Shown: positions 35,301-45,296 of the stretch, one piece after another
Layout of the letters: every line of letters begins with the position of its first letter
Numbering within the stretch: position 1 is the first letter of the stretch
NCBI GenBank assembly: GCA_002269645.1
Contig: NIVC01003853.1
Span: forward strand, 9,697-73,696
Reading direction: 5' to 3'
DNA length: 64,000 nucleotides
From: Macrostomum lignano
Taxonomy: Eukaryota
Position numbers and translations under genes: made by a program
Notes under the pieces: generated by a model
Seen by the model: the letters and a program-made list of their open reading frames with translations, nothing else
The model's database searches: none
Told to the model about the DNA's origin: nothing

Positions 35301-38300
35301 GGATGGCAATACCAACTGAGTACTTTGAGCAGGTGGAAATATCGTCAGAATCTGAGGATGACACCGAGGATGAGCAGGAAAGTCGACTGCAGTTGGTCGG
35401 GAAGCCGAGTGTGGGAAGCGAAGATGAGCCGGTGAATACAGCGGTCCGCAACAAATTGAAGCGCGCTTGTTTACGTGGGAACGCGTCGGAAATTGCGAGG
35501 TTGATGGCGGAAATCCGGCAGTTATATTCGGCGCGTCAGGCGGTAGCTGAGGTCAAGAGAGCGTTACTGAATGGGTTAAAGGATCTAGCGACGAAAAAGA
35601 TTGGCCGCTCGAAGATTGTCATGAGCGTTGACGAGTACAAATCGACATCAAGAGCGGTGCGGGAAGCTGCTCAGTCGCTAGAGTTCCGCTGTGTAGGAGT
35701 GTTAGTAGCGTCAGTGCGTCGCTTTAGGCCCTTCCTGGTCAATAAGGTTTTTAGGCGGGCACCAATGGCACCCGGGACGGGGGAACCCAGCCGTTCCAGC
35801 CCTGCTGCGGACGCGGATGTCCTGGTGCTGGACGCCGAGGAAGAGGACCTGGATGACCTGGGCGAGGAAGCGACGAGCGGCGGCATGAACTCGTTGAAAC
35901 TGTGAACGTCGAACGACGGATCGTGGCGACAGAATGTTAAGGACCCGGGCCCGGGTTCAGCCTTAGCAACTGCCGCGGAGGCGATGCAAGCGTTCATCGA
36001 AAAGTCTTGTCGCGAGTGACCTACAATGTACCTGCCCTACACCTGACCTACAGCGCGCCAGCCCCACACCTGACCTACCGCACACCAGCCCTACATTTGA
36101 CCGCCTAAGCTGAGTGCACCTGAGTTTTGAAAGTCAGTTTAGACTACTGTAAAATTTTCGAAGATTGCTTATTCCTTGCGCTGTTGTTGATTCTCAGGAG
36201 TTTCAATTTCAATTTTGTTGCTGGTTTTGAGATCGTGCTGCAAGCCTGGCTGCGTCTGAGATGCCTTAATTGCTGGCGTGATGCTAATTCTTAATAATTG
36301 TTTTTTGCATAACCAAGTTAATACAACGTTAATTGTCATCTTTTTGCCCTGTTGGCCAATTTTCTGTTCAATGCTCAATGTTCATGTTCCGTATTCCATG
36401 CCAACGTTGAATTTTCCATGTTGTGTTCTCCCTTTCACCCTTTCATTTTTTGCGTCATCCATCACTCTTCATGCCATTGCCAGCCGGCTCGCTCTCAATC
36501 ACTGGTGAAGGGAATTTTTTTGCTCATCTCGCTCATCGCATGCAAAGGCCCCGCTGATACTTGTACAAGCCGAATTGTCTCAAATACCGTACCGTACAAA
36601 CATTTTTTGTGTGACTTCGTCAAGAAGGGGAGAATGTTGTGAATTCGTAACTCAATGTATTTGCCCTTACTGTAGTCTCTCTCTCTTTCTCTCTCCCTCT
36701 GCCAACCCTCCCCACCCCTTCCATGCTTGCAACTTGTTGTGAGTTATTTTCTTAGAGTACTTTATTTATTTTTTGGTGCCACTGCACTAGAACCAATCAA
36801 TTGATGAACTATTATGGTAGTTGTTTATTTCATAGTTGTTCTTAGTTGTTTATTTCATAGTTGTTCTTAGTTGTTTATTTGTCCAGCCTATGTCTGCAAC
36901 TTTCTTACCCCTGATTATTATTATCCCTCCCCCTCCGTGCTCTCTCATTGGCTGTCGCTGTTTTCTGTAATTCTGGTTTTCTACCCCCAGTCGCGTTTTG
37001 TGTGGCTGCAGCCAATCCCCGCTCGCTCTCTCTGCGCACCCCGCCTTTTCTCTTACCCTGCAGCTTTTGCCCCACCCCATGTTGTGCTGGCAGATATTTA
37101 TTGGCGTGCGCTCCTGTCCTCTCCCCCCCCCATGCGACCGCTTCTCCTCTGACTTCTTCGCCGCAAATAGTATATGACAATAAACCAAAAACAAGCGTGC
37201 CAACAATCGTGTTCAACCTAGACGCCCAGCGCGCCAAGTATGCGCGCCAAGTATCCGCGCCACAGTAAGTATCGTTCTGTTCCTGTCATTTCGGGGTCAA
37301 GTGCCTCTAGGACTTTGTCACCGGGGCCTGTGCGTTCGCTGCGACCCTGGTTGCTGGCCTACTGCCTGCGCGTTTGTGCGACAGTGGGTTGGCAAGCAGC
37401 AGGACTGGGGCTGCGTTTTCCTGCTCGTACAGAGCGCAAGACGTAGCTGGCTGGTCCGTCTCGGGACACAACAGTATCAAAAATCTATGCGAATAATTAA
37501 GCGAACATGCTCACCACTTAAGTGCGATACACCCAGCCAGAGTCCTTGTCTTGGCTCGGGAGGTTGGAGTTGGAGAACGCTGTTATTCTCGACCACATTG
37601 ATCTTCCACCGACAAACCACATTTGTTATCACGGTGGTCTCGCTAGCAAACCGTTCGTGGAAATATAAAGTTAAACTCCTTCCTCCCTCGACATCAAATT
37701 TGTGCCAAAGCTGTTCTCGACAGTGCGCCACTTCAGCCGTTGCGACTCTGAAATTCGATGAAAAAATGGCTAATTGTACGTGTCTGACTGATTAAAACAG
37801 AAAAATCTGACAAAAAGGCAGAGAATCTGCTACAGAATGGGAGAAAATATTTCGTGGCGATCAGAAGTGTCAGAGCTTATACTCATGTGCGGTAAATTAT
37901 TAAATTAAATTAAAAATTAGCAAAAAAGATAAGATAAGAGACTTTTGATGCCAAGCTAATTGACAGACAAGCAGAGTTTCATCAAAAGAGGCTGATACTA
38001 AACGTCATTAAAAGACCAAGCTCTTAGATCCATTTGACACACAAGACAAATATCTGAGACAAAACAGTTTACAATGAAGTGTAAGAGACTCAGTTGACAT
38101 ACAGACAGTTGACAGAGAAGAACAATGTTCTCGATGATCTGGATTTTTAGCAGGGAAGGCAAAGAATTATGTAGAAAAAAATGCAAGCAGACAAAAGCTT
38201 GACAGCCCGGTTGTGAACAAGTCGAAGCAAGAGATCACTAACAAAAAAAGCTGGCGAAACAAGCAGAGCTCTCTAACAGAAGAAACTGGCAAACAAGCAG

Positions 38301-39807
38301 AGCTCTCTAACAGAAGAAACTGGCAAAACAAGCAGAGCTCTCTAACAGAAGAAGCTGGCAAACAAGCAGAGCTCACTAACAGAAAAAGCAGGCAAACAAG
38401 CAGAGCTCACTAACAGAAGAAGCTGGCAAAACAAGCAGAGCTCACTAACAGAAGAAGCTGGCAAAACAAGCAGAGCTCTCTAACAGAAGAAACTGGCAAA
38501 ACAAGCAGAGCTCACCAACAGAAAAAGCTGGCAAAACAAGCAGAGCTCTCTAACAGAAGAAACTGGCAAAACAAGCAGAGCTCACTAACAGAAGAAGCTG
38601 GCAAAACAAGCAGAGCTCTCTAACAGAAGAAACTGGCAAAACAAGCAGAGATCACCAACAGAAAAAGCTGGCAAAACAAGCAGAGCTCTCTAACAGAAGA
38701 AACTGGCAAAACAAGCAGAGCTCTCTAACAGAGGAAGCTGGCAAACAAGCAGAGCTCACTAACAGAAAAAGCAGGCAAACAAGCAGAGCTCACTAACAGA
38801 AAAAGCTGGCAAAACAAGCAGAGCTCACTAACAGAAAAAGCTGGCAAAACAAGCAGAGCTCACTAACAGAAAATGCTGGCAAAACAAGCAGAGCTCACTA
38901 ACAGAAAAAGCTGGCAAAACAAGCAGAGCTCTCTAACAGAAGAAACTGGCAAACAAGCAGAGCTCACTAACAGAAGAAGCTGGCAAAACAAGCAGAGCTC
39001 ACTAACAGAAGAAGCTGGCAAAACAAGCAGAGCTCACTAACAGAAGAAGCTGGCAAAACAAGCAGAGCTCACTAACAGAAGAAGCTGGCAAAACAAGCAG
39101 AGCTCACTAACAGAAGAAGCTGGCAAAACAAGCAGAGCTCACTAACAGAAGAAGCTGGCAAAACAAGCAGAGCTCACTAACAGAAGAAGCTGGCAAAACA
39201 AGCAGAGCTCACTAACAGAAGAAGCTGGCAAAACAAGCAGAGCTCACTAACAGAAGAAACTGGCAAAACAAGCAGAGCTCTCTAACAGAGGAAGCTGGCA
39301 AAACAAGCAGAGCTCACTAACAGAAGAAACTGGCAAAACAAGCAGAGCTCTCTAACAGAAGAAACTGGCAAAACAAGCAGAGCTCTCTAACAGAGGAAGC
39401 TGGCAAAACAAGCAGAGCTCACTAACAGAAAAAGCTGGCAAAACAAGCAGAGCTCTCTAACAGAAAAAGCTGGCAAAACAAGCAGAGCTCACTAACAGAA
39501 GAAGCTGGCAAACAAGCAGAGCTCACTAACAGAAAAAGCAGGCAAACAAGCAGAGCTCTCTAACATAAGAAGCTGGCAAACAAGCAGAGCTCACTAACAG
39601 AAAAAGCAGGCAAACAAGCAGAGATCTCTAACAGAAGAAACTGGCAAACAAGCAGAGCTCATAAGCAAAGATGATGACAACCAAGGATTGGGAATTCATT
39701 GGTAAAACAGAAAAGTAGTCAGTCTGGATGTACAGAATGACAGATGTACAAACTTACGGGTACTGCAGATAAAATACTATGAAAGAAATTAAAATGTGCC
39801 AATTCAT
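26389..39807 (-). CDS. Uncharacterised type I membrane glycoprotein, paralogue B (short cytoplasmic tail; Gypsy insertion in intron 2)
   Basis: Exons 39807-39758 (MNWHILISFIVFYLQY, signal-like), 37747-37515, 28917-28860, putative micro-exon 28822-28813, ~28743-28440, ~27045-26834, ~26751-26389 (TM IVMIVVGAIVLLLVAVTVFYFV then RK). Homologous exon by exon to 3493-11758. Confidence 0.72.
28969..29791 (+). repeat. 5' LTR (823 bp)
   Basis: TG...CA ends with 7-bp terminal inverted repeat; near-identical to 36635-37473; AATAAA at 29510. Confidence 0.97.
29793..29810 (+). promoter_or_regulatory. Primer-binding site complementary to tRNA-His 3' end
   Basis: TGGTGCCGTGACCAGGAT 1 nt after the LTR; complements ...ATCCTGGTCACGGCA-CCA of invertebrate tRNA-His(GUG), recalled rather than searched. 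Confidence 0.85.
29968..31074 (+). CDS. gag: Gag (capsid plus two CCHC zinc knuckles)
   Basis: Open ORF from ATG 29968; knuckles CFQCGNIGHLAREC and CYACNQPGHLAKNC. Confidence 0.95.
   Translation: MGDEGVNRLVELMSASVRRALQQDINVAQNVQRPAKPPKYCIGDNFRLWLQRFNAYCEASQIVEDDRRPHLLSFLDLNTAFAAVENIQLEEGATYDDFTDALLERFQQHRTAEDFKLELESRVQKEGETYETYADVLLELARNAYPDEDMPVGIINSFARDRFKKGIRAPEHVKEYVMLQQPATLTDAVRCVRRKEAAGRAAKPTGSEQAYRKIASTVGAVNTGGTSSDGLEELQQRIRDLEGQLKRLNQAPPPQQSAAPSSSGSAHSRGPGPGLQGGRGACVYGATPSHLAGQQQRQAGACFQCGNIGHLARECPSRSGMMQQPQSNPAARTGGPRRCYACNQPGHLAKNCRSGNFNRGPGKGSQGL
31029..31072 (+). promoter_or_regulatory. -1 programmed ribosomal frameshift signal
   Basis: G GGA AAC heptamer in the gag frame, 6-nt spacer, 11-bp stem (31042-52 with 31062-72, one G-U pair), 9-nt loop; pol lies in the -1 frame. 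Confidence 0.85.
31029..34952 (+). CDS. pol: Pol polyprotein (aspartic protease, RT, RNase H, integrase with GPY/F-like C-terminus)
   Basis: Uninterrupted ORF (30870-34952): VDSGA protease, YLDD RT, RNase H (ILDTDGS...), HHCC zinc finger, DIVGP / SDQG / E integrase triad. Confidence 0.97.
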   Translation, partial: GKLQQRSWEGEPGPLIQSAKPPPSSQQPVDTPSLMMQPTSVYVSCQIGGQVVSACVDSGAAVTIINEALLQRVGKTWTKSPPSIQPHKSTIHAANGSPINISAICQLPLTIGESELSMTALVSSSVSYELLMGADFLLKHNCRIDFQDGVLHLADASVPLRFHQRPATVCRILASERIVVPPGAEKIASGRFLMKGGRGRYTRSPGVIEESQDRKRAGSAVLARSLVMPTEDARVPVRLANFSEVPVTIRKGETVAWYHPLDPLQPIALAALSEAKDAAPTLEKPRQEESEAAEELLAGLKNWGSCGLSAEQEAKFKALIQCNRDVFATELAEATVTNVSEHRIDTGTARPIKQAPRRLPPHLRAEVDEQLDELLAQGKIEEAMSPWSSPVVCVRKKDNSLRMCVDYRRVNDVTVKDAIPLPRVDEALEALHGTAVYSSLDLRSGYHQVPVAAEDRDKTAFAVPHRGQFRWLVMPFGVTNGPATFSRIMQTVLHPLAWKICLVYLDDILVFSNTVEDHLARLSEIFQRLRSANLKLNPKKCELLSSEVSFLGHRVSADGIGTDPEKVRAIREWPTPCTVKDVQAFLGTVGYYRRFIQDFSHTAEPLTELTRSTSPFQWGSAQEEAFQRLKEALTGEQVMAYPNFAPDAPPFILDTDGSSSVGIGGVLSQLQPDGSEKVIAYGSRTLSSAERNYCTTRVELLAVVTFIRQFKYFLLGKHFILRTDHSSLRWLHSFKNVEGQAARWLEQLACFDYTIIHRAGRDHGNADGLSRRPRSHFGATTCPSCKEQPEVGAVTFESGLQQRVHEAQLKHPELRPLRQAVQTGRLESLGTGHPGPGTPYWKALMARKDELCMVNDLLCIRTEKNFKVVLTAETTNLVISELHSGASGAHSGFFKTKKKVTSRFWFPGLGRLVEEFIRCCVTCGKSKTKQRGRAPLEPIQTGAPFERVMVDIVGPLPRTRKGNMYVLTIQDAFTKWPDAYPLRNQKAASCAKVFVERWISQHGCPQFLHSDQGRNFESRLTTELCSLLGIKKTRTTPYHPMGNGQVESFNRTLGTSLRSLMVENGAAQSSWEEFIPAVLMAYRSSVHRGTGYTPHYLVYGEEMRLPVDLMNKPPQVQPSETTEYVAELRRKMQAAGDTVRTNLSTYQRQQKDQYDTGARGSGFNEGDLVYVYQPCLETGEAKKFHVYWTGPVKVFKRESATRYRVGHPTNNRKRKTVHFNNLHLYRRAERSEQDGQRVPVPEQRESDEHNEEEDDDEDGESDWVQLPQPEAVDFGVPGSPGRPPTPERRYPVRNRVPTQFFGNPVRH
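35054..35905 (+). CDS. ORF3: DnaJ/Hsp40 J-domain protein (283 aa) inside the retrotransposon
   Basis: YYEVLGV...VKKAYYQRIRHAHPDKV...INEAYQVLSDP...YEQFG is a full canonical J-domain with HPD, followed by an acidic tract and a basic helical region. It lies between the pol stop and the PPT. Confidence 0.92.
   Translation: MYYEVLGVASDATTQQVKKAYYQRIRHAHPDKVGPGARRQAQEINEAYQVLSDPFLRIVYEQFGPEGAQAPKMFLSRLRLPAGMAIPTEYFEQVEISSESEDDTEDEQESRLQLVGKPSVGSEDEPVNTAVRNKLKRACLRGNASEIARLMAEIRQLYSARQAVAEVKRALLNGLKDLATKKIGRSKIVMSVDEYKSTSRAVREAAQSLEFRCVGVLVASVRRFRPFLVNKVFRRAPMAPGTGEPSRSSPAADADVLVLDAEEEDLDDLGEEATSGGMNSLKL
36015..36105 (+). repeat. Short direct repeats (~27 bp, cctacacctgacctac..) in the element's 3' non-coding region
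   Basis: Three degenerate copies. Confidence 0.6.
36622..36634 (+). promoter_or_regulatory. Polypurine tract
   Basis: aagaaggggagaa immediately before the 3' LTR. Confidence 0.9.
36635..37473 (+). repeat. 3' LTR (839 bp)
   Basis: Differs from the 5' LTR by small indels seen by eye (+2 in the CT tract, +1 C, a 13-nt duplication). Confidence 0.97.
38250..39660. repeat. 35-bp intronic minisatellite (aaacaagcagagctcactaacagaagaagctggca, ~40 copies)
   Basis: In intron 1 of paralogue B; homologous to 9600-11555. Confidence 0.96.
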
Positions 39808-41094
39808 TTCAGCCTTAAATATTTTTTCAATTTTGTATTGCAAATCAGAGCCGGTTATTTCGGTTCTCGCATCAACATGGAACCAAAAGTTTTAGCAATC
39901 GTTTGAACAATGTAAAAATATTGCTATTTTATTAAGTTGAAACTAAAGTGTTCAATTATAAGAATTCCAGTTGTTACAACTATGGAGTTTTAATTTTCCT
40001 TTGGCGGTGATTATTTCTCTAATTGAAATTTGTTAATTTTCGCGGTTTCGTCATAGCTATATTAAAACAAAAATGTTTTGAATGTAACTAAACTCTAGAT
40101 TTCGCTCCGCTAGTCACTATTGCAATAAGTAGTGTGATTAGCGTAAGTAGTTATGGATTTTCGGTAAGTTTAGAAATACTTTTTTTGCGCTTACTAGGAT
40201 TATTGAAGCGTTGAGAAATCGGAAAAAAGCTGTGTAATTTTCTCTGTGAAGAATTTAAATAAGCGAAAAATTACCATCGAATTCAGCCAGATTTTCAAGT
40301 TATTCGTTGAAACTTCGTTGACTCCATGACGGCACTTTTGACCTGGCTGCGATCGTCAGTAGTATCGAGAGCAAATCTTTTTTCGAATACCATAGGAAGC
40401 GTCTCAGCAATGAAAGAATTGGGACGATGACTCAAGACAGGATGAAAAATACAAAAGCTCTTGCTTGGGATCCAAAAAAGTAAGCTAAATAGCAAGCAGC
40501 AGCCAGCAGTTTACAGTACCCAGCCTTGCATACCAATACATTAATCATTGATTCAGGTTCAGCCGTGGACTAGCCGCGGATCTCCCTCGCAGTAGGCAAC
40601 ACATAACTATGCAGATAATAAGGGGGCTGAAGTAGAAACAACAGCCAACAGCACTGACAAAATGGACCTTTACGCTTGTAGTACAATGAGAATTCAGTTT
40701 TACTAACCCAGTGGTATGCCCATGCTGCGCACAATGTAGTTTTAGACTGTACAATAGCTATCTTGTCAAAAAACGCATTGCTATTTTGGTGGATAGCCAC
40801 TTATAGAGCTGGTCATAATTCTCTGTCCCATTTGGTCCTATCCACGGGAGGACCAGGCGTTAAGCGCATTTAGGAGCGCAATTGCCTCACTTTGCCACTT
40901 CTATCGAAACAGCGCAGAAACTATTTTAACTGCCATGCGGTGTCTGCACTCGTAAAATCTGCTCTGGCCTATTCTGGGTGCCCATGCAATAATTCCGTCG
41001 GGTGATGTTGAGGGCTGGAAATGCAAAAATAACAATAAGCGCAGGGCCGAAAACGCAGCGCGCAAACAATTATTCATCCAAAGTAGCCTAAGAT

Positions 41095-41710
41095 GCAGCT
41101 GTGATGCCTGTCACACAGGTAGTTAGCACAGGTAGCTGTGATGCCTGTCACACTCACAGCTGCAGTTTGCACAGATAGCTGTGATGCCTGTCACACTCAC
41201 AGCTGCAGTTTGCACAGATAGCTGTGATGCCTGTCACACTCACAGCTGCAGTTTGCACAGGTGGCTGTGATGCCTGCCTGTCACACTCACAGCTGCAGTT
41301 TGCACAGGTGGCTGTGATGCCTGTCACACTCACAGCTGCAGTTTGCACAGGTAGCTGTGATGTCTGTCACACTCACAGCTGCAGTTTGCACAGGTGGCTG
41401 TGATGCCTGTCACACTCACAGCTGCAGTTTGCACAGGTAGCTGTGATGCCTGTCACACTCACAGCTGCAGTTTGCACAGGTGGCTGTGATGCCTGTCACA
41501 CTCACAGCTGCAGTTTGCACAGGTAGCTGTGATGCCTGTCACACTCACAGCTGCAGTTTGCACAGGTGGCTGTGATGCCTGTCACACTCACAGCTGCAGT
41601 TTGCACAGGTGGCTGTGATGCCTGCCTGTCACACTCACAGCTGCAGTTTGCACAGGTAGCTGTGATGCCTGACACACTTACAGCTGCAGTTCTCACAAGT
41701 TGCTGTGACA
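41095..41710. repeat. ~41-bp minisatellite (gctgtgatgcctgtcacactcacagctgcagtttgcacagg)
   Basis: About 14 copies downstream of the Slo-like gene. Confidence 0.93.
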
Positions 41711-42376
41711 GCACAAAAACTCAATAGCCAACAAGTTGGAACAACAACACTAATTTTGAAACAACAAAGTTTCTTAGACTGTTGGGAACCTGAAATATTG
41801 CTGTAATATTATCTTATCGTTTATTCAAATTTTCATATTTCGACTTGCAGTAGCATAAAAAGCGTTTCGTATACTAAAAATGAAATAAAGAGACTACAAA
41901 AATCAAACATCACAATTTTGTTAACGATAAGCAGCGGTCTCTTTCGCCATCTCATCGCATCTCTACCTCCACCCTACGCAAAAGCAGGTGTAGGTTAAGC
42001 ACCTGCCAATACTCAACCGCAGCGTTCGGGATAGAGCATTGGCTGACTCAAGTAGTTCGTCAAAATAAAAGCATTTATGATGAAGTTTTAGCTAGAGGGC
42101 TGCTGCTAAACTGTACTGCATTCAGCTCTACACTGGAAGCGCACACGCGACCCCTTCTGTGTATTTAATCTACACCACAAAGAGCTACTCTTATAAAAGT
42201 GCAAAGCGGCAGGACTCCGGAGCCGTGCTAAATCGATTTGCCTGCTCGGAGATGTCAATCCGTTTCATTCGAGCGCTCACCTAAAAATCCGCATCAGAAT
42301 AAGTGAAAAAAACAACACTATGCATGAATTATGAACTCAATGAGCAGTTCGGACTGTTGCAGAGCTCAGGCCGGAC

Positions 42377-42470
42377 TCAAAGCAGAATCTGCCTCAGCTT
42401 TTGCAGCTGCTGTTGCCGCTGTTGCAGAAGCACCTGCTGAGGCACTTGCTGATGAGCTAGCTGCTGTCTC

Positions 42471-42520
<50 letters not shown>

Positions 42521-45296
42521 ATGCTCCTGAACATGCTGCTGCTGCTGGCTTGAGGACGGCGGAGCAAAGCAGAAAATCTGAAGAAAAAAAATTGAAATTA
42601 GCAAAGGAAAGCACTGGAAAGCATTCACCGTCAGATCCACCCGCCTATACCATATGTGCCACTTTTTCTACCAGAAACACAGGTACACCATCAGCTGAAT
42701 TGCCTACCACAAATCTAAATTGCCTACGACAAAGCTAAATTGCCTACCACAAAGCTAAATTGCCTACCACAAATCTACATTGCCTACCACAAAGCTAAAT
42801 TGCCTACCACAAATCTACATTGCCTACCACAAATCTACATTGCCTACCACAAATCTACATTGCCTACCACAAATCTACATTGCCTACCACAAATCTACAT
42901 TGCCTACCAAAAAGCTACATTGCCTACCACAAAGCTACATTGCCTACCACAAATCTACATTGCCTACCACAAATCTACATTGCCTACCACAAATCTACAT
43001 TGCCTACCTCAAATCTACATTGCCTACCACAAATCTACATTGCCTACCACAAAGCTACATTGACTACCACAAATCTACATTGCCTACCACAAAGCTACAT
43101 TGACTACCACAAAGCTACATTGCCTACCACAAAGCTGCAGCTTCAAAGACTTTCCAACTTAAACTCTCACCCTGTCCTTCTGGTCGATCTGCGTGTCCGG
43201 TTCCGGGAAGGTCATCACAAACCATCCGCTGGTGGTGTCTGAAGATTTGTCCTTTTTCTTCACGGCACGCCTGCGGTAGACGCCCAGACACATGATCTCG
43301 AACCTGTCCAGGCAGCTGATAACCAGGTCCTCCCACTTCATCTCCTGCAAACCGGAAGTGATTCTAGCTACCCTATACGGTAAACCGGAAGTGATTCAAG
43401 CTACCCTATACTGCAACCCGGAAGTGATTCAAGCCACTCTATACTGCTACCGGAAGTGATTCAAGCCACCCTATACTGCAACCCGGAAGTGATTCAAGCC
43501 ACTCTATACTGCTACCGGAAGTGATTCAAGCTACCCTATACTGCAAACCGGAAGTGATTCAAGTTACCCTATACGGTAAACCGGAAGCTGGCTCATAAAC
43601 TGGCCGCTATCACAGCCACCCTCAGTAGCCAGCAACTAAACGGCAAACCTTGCAGTCGAACAGCTGGAAGATGTCCTTCAGCGGGAAGTCGGTCGACTTC
43701 AGCAGCATCAGGCGGAAGCCGTAGACGCGGCTGTGCTCCGTCAGGTCCCCGCGGCTCAGGCAGCTGGGGATGCAGAAGTCCAGGCTGAGGTAGTCGTCCA
43801 CGCTGGGCTGGTTGGAGCCGTGGATGATGGACTCCAGGAAGGCCAGGGACTCCGGGCAGAAGTACACGGACGCCAGCAGGCCCGTCAGGTTTGGCGACGA
43901 CACGACAAGTCCTTCGGCGAATGACTGCGTGTCCATCACGTCGGCCGCGGAGATGTCCGTCAGGCGCTCGGTCGGGTCGGAGAAGCAGTACGCGTTGGGC
44001 GAGTAGTACAGCTCCGAGGTCACGTGACAGTCCTTGGCGCCGATGCCGCGCAGGTTCTCGGTGCACAGCAGGGTCATCTTGTCGGCCAAGAAGGGGTCGC
44101 AGGAGGAAGACCGCTCGGCGAGGTTGATGACGGTCATGGCGGCGGCCTGGTGGGCGCGGCAGTACAGCAGGTGCTGCGGGAAGATGCCGTTGCCGTCAAC
44201 CACGTAGATGAAGGGGAAGTTGCGGATGCCGCGCCACTCGTGCTGCTCGATGGACTCGGCGTCGCCGAGGATGACGATGTCGCTAAGCTGCTCGGCGGGG
44301 ATGGAGCAGTTGCGGAGCGGCAGCACCAGCGAGGACATGCCGATCGGGTGCTTCAGGGAGCCGATGATGGCCACCAGGGTGTGGCCCCGGAACTCGATTT
44401 CCTTGGCCTCGTCGACGCTGAGCTTCCGGCAGCGCCGATTCGGCGCCCAGTGCAGTGTGCCGGTGATGTCCAGCAGCGGCGGCACCTCGTGCTCGGCGGC
44501 GTGCAGCTCGCGCTTCGTGCTGCAGCGGGCGTCGACGCTGTCGCGGAACCAGTTCTCCAGGCGGTGCTCCTCCTCGTGACCGGTGATGGCGGAGGCTCGG
44601 CGAACTGTCTGCTGCTGAAGCTGGCCTTGGAACCTGAGCAGCGGCACGTCCGACCAGTCTGTAGGGAGGGGGGGGGTTGCGGAGAGCGGCTGGTGCGTCT
44701 CGATGACTTCTTCAGTATTGTCCTCTGAATATTGTCCTCTAGCCTATCATGGGTGCAGGAATAGAATGGATTGCTAATCTAGCCTATCATGGGTGCAGGA
44801 ATAGAATGGATTGCTAATCTAGCCTATCATGGGTGCAGGAATAGAATGGATTGCTAATCTAGCCTATCATGGGTGCAGGAATAGAATGGATTGCTAATCT
44901 AGCCTATCATGGGTGCAGGAATAGAATGGATTGCTAGTCCAGCTCGTGAATGAAGGAGCAGATTGAGGAGCTCGACTGTCTCCGTAGCAACTCACCCACA
45001 TCGCCCGTGAGGTCAAAGCCAACTCCTGCAGTGACGGATTCGTCGCCGGTGTGGCTGGTGCTGCGGGGTCAGTGAGTGCAAGGGGCGGTGGGTATTCAGC
45101 ATGGGGTGGAAAAATGGGCGAGAACAGCAGCAGCTGCTGGCTGCCCGCCCACTCACTCCGTGTCTTCCAGCTCCGCCCTGTACGACAGCTCCGGGTCGGG
45201 AATTGTGCTCTGGTCATCGGTGAGGGTGTCCAGCACCGCCACGAAGTCTTCTTTGAGACCTCCGCCGCTGCTGCCGCCTCCTCCTGCACCGCCGCC

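Larger units (their letters stand above)
28969..37473 (+). mobile_element. Full-length Ty3/Gypsy (Metaviridae) LTR retrotransposon with an extra J-domain ORF
   Basis: LTRs 28969-29791 and 36635-37473 (TGTTGTG...CACAACA), 4-bp TSD GTAT (28965-68, 37474-77), PBS, PPT, gag, and pol in PR-RT-RH-IN order. Confidence 0.98.

Noticed and set aside
35310-35370. LxCxE Rb-binding motif as in polyomavirus T antigen
   Set aside because: The sequence YFEQVEISSESEDD lacks the essential Cys; only the acidic tract is similar.
35054-35905. ORF3 as a retroviral env gene
   Set aside because: No signal peptide, furin site or TM anchor; it is a soluble J-domain protein.
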